A DNA stretch of 64,000 nucleotides from positions 32,001 through 96,000 of IMG/VR virus record IMGVR_UViG_3300031555_003590. One strand, given 5' to 3'. The stretch comes from a virus. Its lineage: Duplodnaviria; Caudoviricetes. Both the position numbers and the translations under genes were made by a program. Positions 39,561 to 50,700 of the stretch are shown one piece after another; within the stretch, counting starts at the first letter, position 1; each line of letters begins with the position of its first letter. A model generated the notes under the pieces. It ran no database searches. It saw nothing but the letters and a program-made list of their open reading frames with translations, and had not been told where the DNA came from.

Positions 39561-40875
39561 GGCCTCATCGTCATGATCCGCTACTGTAGTAATACAGTAC
39601 AAGAATAAGCTGGTGAACGCCTAACAAGCGGTGTGATATACATTAGTATATTGCTAACGGTAGAAGTTAAATAAGCCGGGGTAAACTAGCCCATTTACCT
39701 ATACTAAACGGACGAATAAGCTTCGTAAGAGAACCTAAGGTCTATAAATAGATAGCTTTGGTAATACCGTGCTAAGCATACAAATATTATTGTATGAAAG
39801 TGTAGAGACTAATTAGTAGGGGTATGGTGGAATGCTATACTTCGAAGTGCCAGCCTCCTAAATATAATATTCCACCATAGCGTGGTTAATTATTTAGGAT
39901 GAAGAGATAGTCCATGTAAAATTATTCATCTTTATATACTAGCTCAGGAAGAATTTCAAAATCTTGAAAATATTCTTTATTAGTATTATCTTTAAGATAC
40001 ATATCTATAGTAGTATATAATTCTTTATAGAAAGTTTTAGATTTCTCAGAATGCCTATCTCCAACAGGAAGACAATCTCCTAAAACGTTTCGTTCTAATA
40101 TATCAGCTCTTTTATTAACATTAATATAGAATATAAACCAACCTTTGTATGGTCTACCTTTACGTACAGAATTTTTTATCATGTCCTTACTAGAGTTCAT
40201 ATAATTACCAAATAATTTCATTGATTCAGAAAATATTATTTGTTTCTTATTCATATTTATACATATAATACCTTCTGATCTTAATTGTTTATCTTTTGCT
40301 ATCATTTTACGACCAATTTTATTTATATTGGCTGAAGAATGAGGAATATTATATCCACTATTAATGGAATCAAAAATATCAATAAAATAATTTTCCATAT
40401 CTATATGATTATCTCTAGTAGTCTCTGCAATAGGATACATGATAAAGTTTTCAAAACCATATTCAATCATTGCTCTAAGTATAGGTCTATAGTTACGTTT
40501 AGCTGTAGTAGAGGAATTTTTTATAGCTCTATTATATTCATATAAGTATTGAGAAGCTCTTTTTGTTAATGATGAATATGCAGTAGGACGCTGTACGCCT
40601 TGCCATATTGAATAACTAGATCCAATATATTTTGTTCCTTTTTTAATATATTCAATACAATATATGTATCCAAAAGGTTTTTCAAATGGGTCTTTTAGTT
40701 GATATTTTTTAGGAATTGGTCTAATTTGGAGAAAGTTTGACATGAGTTCTCGATTTCTTTCTAATTCAGATTGTTGCAACATAATAAATTACCTCCTTAA
40801 TTTTAAATTACTATTTGGTATGTCAGATTTAATTTTTTATTGAGGCTAGTAAAAATAAATGAATAATAAAAAAAG
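39561..40875 (+). mobile_element. Group I intron (1315 nt) in the RNAP catalytic motif, carrying an antisense endonuclease gene
   Basis: P1 GCGGATT/GATCCGC with a U-G splice pair; P10 CGTCAT pairs with 3' exon ATGACG; core TACCGTGCTAAG, GTAGAGACTA, AAGAGATAGTCC; terminal G at 40875. Confidence 0.92.
39922..40782 (-). CDS. GIY-YIG homing endonuclease, antisense within the intron
   Basis: GYIY...YIG, conserved R, E and GYN; C-terminal NUMOD1-like helix-turn-helix; its own AGGAGG RBS. Confidence 0.88.
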   Translation of the reverse strand: MLQQSELERNRELMSNFLQIRPIPKKYQLKDPFEKPFGYIYCIEYIKKGTKYIGSSYSIWQGVQRPTAYSSLTKRASQYLYEYNRAIKNSSTTAKRNYRPILRAMIEYGFENFIMYPIAETTRDNHIDMENYFIDIFDSINSGYNIPHSSANINKIGRKMIAKDKQLRSEGIICINMNKKQIIFSESMKLFGNYMNSSKDMIKNSVRKGRPYKGWFIFYINVNKRADILERNVLGDCLPVGDRHSEKSKTFYKELYTTIDMYLKDNTNKEYFQDFEILPELVYKDE

Positions 40876-42278
40876 ATGACGGAGACCAGGTCTCTGTAAG
40901 AGGTCTATGGAGTGATGAAGCAAATTTAGAAGCAGAACAAATCATGAATCAAAAAACTTCAGCATTAAATATTACTGGTACTAATGCAAAAGCAGTTGCT
41001 AAAGAAGTATTTAATTCTCTATATGAATTAACTAAAGATGGTCCTAATGGTAAACACATTAATATAGTAGATCAAAAGAAATATTTAGAATTAAAACCAG
41101 ATGATATTACTAGATCATTACTAGCAGATATGTTTGCTGATATGGTAGATTCTTCTGATAAAAATAGAAATGTTGGTAAGAAACATCCTAAACATAAAAC
41201 TTGGGATATTATTAGTGTGCCTAAGGATTATTTTTATGAAGGATTTACTGGAATGGATATGAATATTGGTAGATTTATTGCTAACAAATTTATGTTTGAG
41301 AGTAGTGGAATAATTTCTATTCTAGGTGTATTCAATAATGTAATGAATAAAGGTAGTATTGGTAGTATTGATAACCTAGTAGGTCAAATTTATATGGAAA
41401 ATAAAATTAATAGAAAACAATTCAATTCTTATATTGAACATCGTGATGCTCTAGGTTATTGGTTGAATGGTATGTTAGCTCATACTATATCTGAAAAAAT
41501 GTTAAAGCCTTTAGATAAAGTAGAAAAGAAAAAAGCTGAATTAATTAAACAATATGAGAAAGAACTTTCTGAAGGTAATATTGATGTAATGACTCAAATT
41601 AGTGATGAATTAGTTGCATATGCTAAAGAGTTACTAAAAGATGATCCTGGTATGGATTTATATTTATCAGGAGATCTAGACTTTGGTAATAATTATAAAA
41701 ATAATGCTATACTAAAAGGAGCTGTAGTTAATAAAATTACAGATGAATATGATTTTATTAGTAGCTCATTTATGAGTGGTATTGAAATTAAAGATATTCC
41801 AGCACATGCTAATAGTATCTTGGCTAGTCAATATCCTGCTTCTATTGCAACTGCAGATGCTGGATATATGGGTAAAAAGTTATTAGCATTATTACAAATG
41901 ATGGAAGTAGATTATGATATTGAAGATTGTGGTACAAAACATTTAGTTCCTATCAAAATTACTAAAACTAATTCCAAAGATATGTTGTATACATATATTG
42001 ATAATGGTAGTGGACAATTAATTATGTTAGATCGAGATAATATTAGTAGTTATATTGGAAAAACAGTAATGATGAGAAGTCCAATGACTTGTGTTACTGA
42101 TAAAATTTGTTCTAAATGTGCTGGTAATTTGTTTAATATGTTAGATGTTAAACATGCTGGATTATTTGCTACTCAAATATCACATGCTGCTTTAAATTTA
42201 GCATTAAAAGCTAAACATAATAGTCTTGTAGAATTATTTACTTTTAATCCTGATGATTTAATTGAGGATATTGAATAA
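40876..42278 (+). CDS. rpoC: Phage RNA polymerase beta' subunit, exon 2
   Basis: Splicing restores GADYDGDQ in frame with the 40944 ORF; bridge helix TADAGY, zinc site CGT...RSPMTC...CSKC, trigger-loop-like ATQIS...ALKAKH. Confidence 0.9.
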
Positions 42279-42372
42279 ATAATTATATATTCTAAATGTG
42301 AGATCAGGTAATATAAAATTTAAACCTGTATAACTCTCTGATTAATTATTTAACACAAGGAGGAACTAAAAG

Positions 42373-43200
42373 ATGAGCCAATTAAAAATCAGAACAAATT
42401 GTGATTATTGTGGAAAGGAGCTTGATGTATATACTGATATTCCTGATGCTCCTGTAACAGAAATTACAAATTCTCAATTCCCCATTGTAAGAAGTCATAT
42501 TAAACCAATTGGAAATATTATGGTATATCGTATTTCTTCTGAACAAATTAAAGATTTCATTATTAATAAGGCACGTAAGTATGTACCTGATGTGCGTATG
42601 ACTATTGTGCCTCGTTATTGTGAAAAGAAACGTAAATCCAATAATGATCCACATCGTTCTTATGCTTCTCTTAGAATTGCATTTTCTGATAATGTAATTG
42701 AAAAGAAAGAAGATCTTGGATGGTATGGTAATATTGGTGATAATGGATCTAATGTTAAAATGCATCCTTCTATTATGAAGAAGCTAATTGATAAGTATAA
42801 GTATGATCGTAAACAGGTAGAAGCTTGGATGAAAAATTATAAAACTCTTGAGGAACTTGAAGACACTCTTGGTATGACTGAAGCATATATTAATGATCTA
42901 TATACTTATACTATTCCTCAGCGTGTAAAAGCTGATAATAATGAAAATTGGATTATCTTCGCTGCAGCTGCTGAGAATGTAATTGCTGATATGCTTAGTG
43001 AAAAAACTGCTGATGACGATGATCCTAATAAGCATGAAATTAATAAACCAATTGGTCGTATTCAAATTCAAGATGTATATCCTATTTCAAAGGATATTGT
43101 TGAATTTGTAGTTTATGTACATCCTGCGAAGATGAAGCTTCGTGAGAATCCTCATGTTCGTCAGATTCTTCTTGGTGAAGAAAAACCTAAGAAGAAGTAA
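42373..43200 (+). CDS. Hypothetical protein (275 aa)
   Basis: AGGAGG RBS; promoter-like motif at 42281-42293. Confidence 0.75.
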   Translation: MSQLKIRTNCDYCGKELDVYTDIPDAPVTEITNSQFPIVRSHIKPIGNIMVYRISSEQIKDFIINKARKYVPDVRMTIVPRYCEKKRKSNNDPHRSYASLRIAFSDNVIEKKEDLGWYGNIGDNGSNVKMHPSIMKKLIDKYKYDRKQVEAWMKNYKTLEELEDTLGMTEAYINDLYTYTIPQRVKADNNENWIIFAAAAENVIADMLSEKTADDDDPNKHEINKPIGRIQIQDVYPISKDIVEFVVYVHPAKMKLRENPHVRQILLGEEKPKKK

Positions 43201-43317
43201 TCACATTTAGTTAGTATTAATCTTATGGAATATAAATATGCCGTATATCTATAACAATAATATACGGCATATTCCATAAGAAATGCTTATATTTAAAATT
43301 TTAGGAGGAATCACACA

Positions 43318-43635
43318 ATGGCACAAGTAACTGGTAAAGTAAAATGGTATGACGTTCGCAAGGGGTATGGTTATATTTGCGATGAAAATGGCAATGATTA
43401 TTTTGCTCATTTTTCTGGTATTACTAAGGGTCGCAATTATACTTGTCTTCGAGACGGTGATGAGGTTACATTTGAAGTATCTGAAGGCAATAGAGGCCCT
43501 CAGGCAACTGATATTAAGATCACAACTCCTTTCAAGCCTTATGTAAAGAGGAATAATGCTCCTGCTCCTCAGGTTCCTCAGGCAACTGCACCTGTTGAGA
43601 CTGCATCTACTGAGACTACTGAAGTTACTGAATAA
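43318..43635 (+). CDS. Cold-shock domain protein with P/A/T/E-rich tail
   Basis: GKVKWY...KGYGYI (RNP1), DYFAHFS (RNP2), GPQA. Confidence 0.93.
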   Translation: MAQVTGKVKWYDVRKGYGYICDENGNDYFAHFSGITKGRNYTCLRDGDEVTFEVSEGNRGPQATDIKITTPFKPYVKRNNAPAPQVPQATAPVETASTETTEVTE

Positions 43636-43704
43636 TAAAAAGTGAGAAATTATATGAGGGGATATATATCCCCTCATATAATTTTCATTTAAAGGAGATT
43701 ATAT

Positions 43705-43926
43705 ATGAAAAATGAACCAAAGAAAAGAAAAATGATGATAATATTTGAAGTACCAGAATCTCAAGAACTTAAAGTAGATGATGTGCCAATACTTACACAT
43801 ACTCGTATTATGAAATATCAACCAGATATTCTATATCATATGCCAGTTAAAATTATTGATTGTCCTCCTGAAATAGAAAATATTTTAAATGAAAAAGAAA
43901 TTAATTGGAAAGTAAATAATGATTAA
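43705..43926 (+). CDS. Hypothetical protein (73 aa)
   Basis: AAGGAG RBS; terminator downstream. Confidence 0.65.
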   Translation: MKNEPKKRKMMIIFEVPESQELKVDDVPILTHTRIMKYQPDILYHMPVKIIDCPPEIENILNEKEINWKVNND

Positions 43927-43966
43927 AAATAATAGGCTGGAATTATCCAGCCTATTATTTTTTTAT

Positions 43967-45295
43967 TTAATATAATAAAGCACGTTCATCATATCCAGAT
44001 TCAACTGGTTCAACAAAACTTAGATGATCTTTTAATGTAGGTACAATAAATTTATTAATACTTTCCCAAATAGGTTTAGTATCTTTTTCTTTATAAATAT
44101 CTTTAAGATTAAAAGTAAATGAATCATCACCTTTAAACTTCATTCTATTCTTATTACCTTCAATCAAACCTTTATCTCTACTATACATAATTATTGTACG
44201 TAAAGCATCAAATCCATTCTTATGCGAGAATACCATTTCAAATGAAACACCTTTACTATTATTACCAGATTGATTACTAGAACTTTTAATTGGTTCTACC
44301 ATAACCATATGTCCAGCAAAACCATCAGATTCTTCAGTAAAATCATCACCTGGTCTAGCAGTTAATTTAATAATATTAAATGGATAATATAACATGGTCT
44401 TTCCTCCAGGAATTGATTCATCTTGTTTCAAATAATTCTGCTGTTTAGCAACTGGAGTAAATGCATTCATACTCATATTACTATTAATATGATTAATTCC
44501 ATATACTATGATATTAGCTTCTTTACATAGCGGAAGAATATCTTTAAAAAATCCTTTTAATGTTTTAGCATCTCTAGCACCTTCAGTATTACTTCTCATC
44601 TTTTCTGCATCAGATGCTTCTTTAGTATTATTAGGATTAAAAGTTTCATTCAAAACTGTAGTAATAGAATCAATAATAATTACTGTTGGTTGAAATATTT
44701 TAATTTCTTCATTAAATTCATTCTTTAGACCGCTAGGAACTAACATTACATCTTTAAGTTTCATTTTACTTACATATGTTTTTACTATCATTTCTTGAAT
44801 AGCATCTAAACCTACAGATCCAGTTTTAATCATATATCTTTCTACGCCACCATCTTCATTACCAAAGAAATGAGCAGGAAGTCTAGTAATATTTTCACAT
44901 CTAGAAATATCAATTCTATTTTCACAATCATAATGAATTACGTTTGCATATGGAAATTGTCTAATAATGTTACCAGCTATCTGAATAGCTAACGTACTTT
45001 TACCCGATCCAGTATTTCCAATAATTAGATTAAATGTACCAGCAGCTTGACCAACTCTTGGTTCTTGTGAAATAATTTTTCCAGTTTTATCATGAATATT
45101 AATTACTGATCCAAAATAATAATCAAATAAATGGAAACCTGTTTTATGAAATGCTGTAGTTACATTAGTCTTGAACATATTCTTTTTATCATTTTCTCCT
45201 AATGCTACTAATAATGGATTAACTGTCTGCTTTCTATCTAATTCTTCAGATATTACATCTACTAAATCTACTTCTTGTTTCTTTTTTGTTGCCAT
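43967..45295 (-). CDS. recA: RecA/UvsX-like recombinase
   Basis: Walker A GNTGSGKST, YDCE, Walker B IIIDS, INH and PGG motifs. Confidence 0.85.
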   Translation of the reverse strand: MATKKKQEVDLVDVISEELDRKQTVNPLLVALGENDKKNMFKTNVTTAFHKTGFHLFDYYFGSVINIHDKTGKIISQEPRVGQAAGTFNLIIGNTGSGKSTLAIQIAGNIIRQFPYANVIHYDCENRIDISRCENITRLPAHFFGNEDGGVERYMIKTGSVGLDAIQEMIVKTYVSKMKLKDVMLVPSGLKNEFNEEIKIFQPTVIIIDSITTVLNETFNPNNTKEASDAEKMRSNTEGARDAKTLKGFFKDILPLCKEANIIVYGINHINSNMSMNAFTPVAKQQNYLKQDESIPGGKTMLYYPFNIIKLTARPGDDFTEESDGFAGHMVMVEPIKSSSNQSGNNSKGVSFEMVFSHKNGFDALRTIIMYSRDKGLIEGNKNRMKFKGDDSFTFNLKDIYKEKDTKPIWESINKFIVPTLKDHLSFVEPVESGYDERALLY

Positions 45296-45417
45296 AAATA
45301 AAAATCCTCCTTAAGTTGTATATTTAAAATATTAATCATTTATATTATCGAGTTCAGAATATATCATTTTACTATTAACTAAAAATTATAGGGGACTATA
45401 ATAGTCCCCTATATAAA

Positions 45418-46464
45418 TTACACACTCGCTCTAGGTAAAAAATTATCAGTAATATATAATGAACACATTTTTTCTAATTTAATATTTCCCATATATCCAT
45501 ATTCATAAGGTTTTCCATTACGATTATATGTAGAAATATTATCAATTGATATATTAAATGGATGATTATATTTAATAATCTTATTATCTTCATCTAGATA
45601 ATATTCAATATGATCAATCATATAAGTAAATCCAGGATAACTATCATATTTACCAATAATTATAAGTTTACAATCATTTTCTTTACCAAGTGAATTATAT
45701 TCTATTTTTGATAATATTCCTACTGACCATAACATTTTTTGAAATTTATTTAATCTATATTCATTACCAATAATTCCGATTGTATTAGATTCAAATGCAT
45801 TTAATGAATAACTTGCATCAAATACACCACGAATAAATTGGATTCTATCTTTTAATGATGAATATGCATATTCATCAGGAATAATTGGTAAATTCATGTC
45901 TTTAGTAGTAATATAATTTTTTTGTTTACCAAGAAAATCTTTCCATTTAATTCTAGTATCTTTTGTTTTATTAATATATTTAAAATAAGCTTTATTGTTA
46001 CTAATATCCATATATTTGGTTGAATATTCAATTGAATATTTATTTTTCAAAACATCATTAATTCCTGTCATATTAATTGGAAGATTTATATATTCATCAT
46101 CATAATCTCCATACATTAAAAAGACTCCCATTACATATGGATCCGGATCAAGCATATTTATTATTTTATTTTTAAAATTGATTGGATATTGTTTAAGTGG
46201 TTCAATAGAATATTTATTAAATGATGTAACAGGTCTAAACGATGAACCTGTATAAATATAATCTTGCTCTCTCATAAAAATGAATCTACCATCATTATAT
46301 GTAATTTTATAAATTAAACTTTCTTTAGGTTGATAAACTTTTACAACATTAATCAATCTATTAGTCCTATATTCAATTATTTTGTCACCAGGATTAATAT
46401 TCATTAATTCTACAAATCCTTTGTCAGTTAAAATATTAATTGGATAATAATTACTGTTTGTCAT
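45418..46464 (-). CDS. Free-standing degenerate intein (Hint plus LAGLIDADG domains, no exteins)
   Basis: ILTDKGFVELMNINPGDKI, IYKITYNDGR, DPYVMGVFL, IPDEYAYSSLKDRIQFIRGVFD and SLYITDNF; the catalytic residues are altered. Confidence 0.8.
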   Translation of the reverse strand: MTNSNYYPINILTDKGFVELMNINPGDKIIEYRTNRLINVVKVYQPKESLIYKITYNDGRFIFMREQDYIYTGSSFRPVTSFNKYSIEPLKQYPINFKNKIINMLDPDPYVMGVFLMYGDYDDEYINLPINMTGINDVLKNKYSIEYSTKYMDISNNKAYFKYINKTKDTRIKWKDFLGKQKNYITTKDMNLPIIPDEYAYSSLKDRIQFIRGVFDASYSLNAFESNTIGIIGNEYRLNKFQKMLWSVGILSKIEYNSLGKENDCKLIIIGKYDSYPGFTYMIDHIEYYLDEDNKIIKYNHPFNISIDNISTYNRNGKPYEYGYMGNIKLEKMCSLYITDNFLPRASV

Positions 46465-46588
46465 TTTTCAACCTCCATTATTAAATAATATCTTTATTTA
46501 ATATTTGTCAAATAATATTATCATTATATTATTTCAAACAAGCCTATTAATTACGGATAAATAACCTATTTAAAGGAGGAATTTTAAA

Positions 46589-47725
46589 ATGTCCAAAAAT
46601 GTAAATAATACTAGTGAAGAAGTACGTGCTTCGGTAGCTTCTATATATTCAGAACTGCTTTCGAAACGTAAACAAGAAAAAGAAGCTAAAGAAGAACAAA
46701 AACGTATTGAACGAGAACTTCGTCAACAAGAAAAAGAAGAAAAGAAATACAATGAAGATGGAACTAAATTAAGTAAGAAAGAAAGAAGAGAAGCTGAATT
46801 TGATAATTGGAAAGAAATTATTGTAGGTCTTACTAGTGATGATCTTGAATATTCTTCTAGCCCAAAAAAGAATAAAAAGAAATACAAGAAATGGATTGAT
46901 GATGAACAAGATACTCCTATTTTAACTGCTAAACCTAAGAAAAATAAGAAGAAAAATTATAATAAAGAATTTGCTCCTGAATTACAAATGTTAAAAACCA
47001 TTGTTGCTGATCAAAATAAATTTACTGCCGATTTGCAGAAAAGATTTAATATCATGGCTGGTCCTGCAACTAAAGATGCAATGCCTCCTAATAAAACAAT
47101 GGTAGAATTAGCTAGTGCTATTAATGCTGGTCGTTCTAATTCTCTTGGTGTATTAAAAGAAATTGGTAATCTAAAGAAAGTTATTGCTGAATTATATATT
47201 AAACAACGTAAAGAAGAATTGGATAAAGGTGCTGGCAGTTTATCTAATATGGATCTTGGTTTAATGGGATCCAATATTGCATCGAGTATATTCTCAGATG
47301 ATTTGATGGCTCCAATATCTCCTGTTCAAACTGTTCCTGGTAATACTAGTCCAACTTATATTAATGAAGTTCCTATTAATAATAGTCCTATGGTAGTACA
47401 AGGTACTACACAAGTTGTAAATAATAATCAAACTGTAACAACTTCTAATATTCCTCAGTTTCAAGAGTTTGATCCAAGTACATGGGATCCTGATGGAATT
47501 AATGTAAATCCTTCTGTTCAATATGAATCCATTCCACATCATATTGTAGTTGAAATGAATAAAGCTACTAATGATCTTAGATTTAAAGCAATTCATGATG
47601 AAACTGGTGAAGAACTTCCAGAATGTCCAGTTCCTACATATGATACTAGAAATTTAAAAATTAATGAAAAAGATTTAATTGCAAAAGGTCAATTTGATGA
47701 AACTTATAAACTTCAAGTAATTTAA
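46589..47725 (+). CDS. Hypothetical protein with highly charged N-terminal half
   Basis: 378-aa ORF, AGGAGG RBS. Confidence 0.75.
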   Translation: MSKNVNNTSEEVRASVASIYSELLSKRKQEKEAKEEQKRIERELRQQEKEEKKYNEDGTKLSKKERREAEFDNWKEIIVGLTSDDLEYSSSPKKNKKKYKKWIDDEQDTPILTAKPKKNKKKNYNKEFAPELQMLKTIVADQNKFTADLQKRFNIMAGPATKDAMPPNKTMVELASAINAGRSNSLGVLKEIGNLKKVIAELYIKQRKEELDKGAGSLSNMDLGLMGSNIASSIFSDDLMAPISPVQTVPGNTSPTYINEVPINNSPMVVQGTTQVVNNNQTVTTSNIPQFQEFDPSTWDPDGINVNPSVQYESIPHHIVVEMNKATNDLRFKAIHDETGEELPECPVPTYDTRNLKINEKDLIAKGQFDETYKLQVI

Positions 47726-47748
47726 TTTTAGAAAGGAGTGAAAATATT

Positions 47749-50700
47749 ATGTACTCGACAAATGAATCGAGACAAACAGATCCACTCCAGGATTTATTTT
47801 CTGATGTAAAATTAATTTTAGAATTTATGGAAATTAAAGATCAGAAACAAGCTACTGATAATGAAACTGAAGAAAGTAAAAATTTATCTGAAATGTGGAT
47901 GATGGCTAAAATGGAAACTGATACATATTCCACATATAGAAAATATTGGACAGTTTCTATGTTTAGAGATATTCTTCCAAATGCTACACAAAATAATATT
48001 AGATATTGGATGAATAATCCTGCTAACGTTCCATTAGACTTTCGTGATAATTTATTGAAATGCGGTAGAGAAGCTTTTCTTAATTCATATGAAGAAAAGA
48101 ATGATTATTATAGGATGCTAAATGGATTACCTCCTATAAATACTCCTAAGTCTGAATATATTTATTTATCTGAACCAATGAGGAATCAATTGCATGCTAG
48201 TGATTTACCATTACATGAATTATCTCCATTAATTCAGAATAACTTTATGGGTACAGATGAATATCAAGAAATTTTAACTAATAATCCAGATAAACTATAT
48301 CTAAAATATTTAGGTATGTATAAAATTGATACATTTGTAGCTCGTAGAGCAAAAGATTTTGAAATTATTAGGTATCCTTTAAATAGATCTGATATTAATC
48401 CTAATTTAGTAAATGTATTTGCTTCATTATATTCAGATTATCGCGAATATGTAATGACGACTTTATACAACAAACAATTTGAAGATTTATATGTAAATTA
48501 TCGGACTTTTATGGGAGTATTAATTACATCATTTACATTAATGCAGATATCTAATAAAGCATTAGAATTGGCTAATGGAAGAAAGTTTTTAGATGATTCT
48601 GCTTTACATATTATTTTATCAATGTATGGAATTCCTGATGATTTAGTAATGACTGATGAAGTTCGTCGAAATTTAGTAATAAATCTTCCTAAATTAGTTC
48701 TTACTAAAGGTATGAATGAAGTTTACTATACTCTAGTAGATATATTAGGATATAATGATATTAACTTTAGTAAACTTTTAATGATGAAAGGACAGCAGTT
48801 TGATAAAGAAAAAAATTATTTAACTGATCCATCTAATGTAGAACCATATTTTGTACAAGTTGGTTTATCAGATAATAATCCATATGAAACAATTAGTTCT
48901 GGTAATGTTCATATTTATACTTATAACGAAATAATAGCTGATGATCCTACATGGTGGGATTTACCAGATACACAAAAAATTCTAAAAGAAAGCAGTTATA
49001 CAATATCAGATTCTAAATATATTATGATGGAAGCAGTAATTCATCAAATCAAATATTTATTTGAATCAATTTATTTTCCTAGATTAATTTTAGATAATAA
49101 AGAATATACTGATAAATTCATGATTAATATTCCAGAAATATTTGGTACTGAATCTGTATCTATTTATGATTTAATGGTATTTATTATTTCTGCAACATGT
49201 ATGAATGGTGGATTAACTGGTAAAATTATTTCTAATGAACCTGGATTAATTGCAACTGCTGGATTTAACTTTGACATGGATTTTGATTCATTCACTGAAT
49301 ATATTGATAATAGTACATATCTTGATAAAGATAGAATCATGTCTTTTATTGAAGATTTAACTGTTAGAACACCAGCTGATATTAATCGTCTATTTAATGA
49401 TGTAATGTATCCAATGAGAGAATGGATTGAACGCAAAATTGCATATGCTAATACTCGTCAAGAATATATTGAATATGAAAATTTATATAGAGCAATTTTT
49501 ACATATGATATTAATACAAATCCATTTTTATCTGATTTTGAATTACCATTAGAAACCATTCGTAAAAAATATAATATTACTGAAGATGAAATGATTGCAT
49601 TTAAACATTTTTATCCTCATCTAATGAGTGGTGAAACAATTACTATTGATAAATATAATGCATCGACTAATATTACTAGATATAAATATCCATTTATTAC
49701 TAGAAATAATATAGTTGATTGGAATATTCATATTATAATTGATACACCTTATGGAGATGAGGATAGAGGATATTTATATTTTTATGATATTTTAAATTAT
49801 ACTGATCTTAGAGAATTAACTAATCCTGATGGTACTAGAGTATTTATGGATTATGAAGATTCAGAAACTGGTTGGGTAATTAATCAACAATCTGTTGATA
49901 AAGCTATTGAATTAATAGATAAATTAGACGATGAAATGTTAAATAATGCATTTTTTCAAATTTCAACTCCAATTCTAAATAGCAATGGTAAACAGTTTGA
50001 AGAAAATGAATTATTGCCAGCTACAATTAGATCAGGTATTTTTAAAAATATTTTAAAAGAAAAATTAACTATGGATATGCAAGGATTAGCAGTTCCTCCA
50101 AAAACTTATTTAGAATATTTATATCGTAAAAATGAAAAGTTATATAATCTTTTAACTAAAGATGATAGATTTAATCGTAATAAAGAAGCTTGGTTAAATG
50201 ACATATTAGCCATTGTTCTTGCAGTAGAAACTGAATTAAGCATTCATATGAAGTATCTTGAACAATCAGTAGTTGGATCAGAATTATTTTTTAAACCATT
50301 AATTACTATGATTAATAGATTTAAATCTACTATGGTAAATCTTTCTAAAGTAAGCATGAGTCATGTATTTGATGATAAAGTAGATGCTGGAGGCAATTCA
50401 GCTATGTTTAAATTATTTGATGAAATGGGATTTACTATTAGATTTACTATGTTTGCAAATAAGGATAGTGATTCTTCATTTGGGTTGTTTGATACTGAAC
50501 ATAAGTGTACTCATAACATTATATTGAAGGATAGATCTGAGTTATATAAAATGACTACTGGACATGGATTTGCTTCAGAGACTAGAAATATAACTATGGG
50601 TTCAATTAAAATGGTAGATGAAGTTAAATTTTATAAAAATGGAGAACCTTTAGATCCAGATGGACAATATTCTTCTTGGTATTCTGGTGAACCTGGTACA

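Noticed and set aside
39561-39589. C-terminus WPHRHDPLL of the 38153 ORF, and a separate gene start at 40944
   Set aside because: The first is read-through into the intron; the second has no RBS and is in frame with exon 2.
45418-46464. Active intein inserted in recA, or a split-intein pair
   Set aside because: A stop codon, terminator hairpin and promoter motif separate it from recA; recA is uninterrupted; splicing residues are absent.
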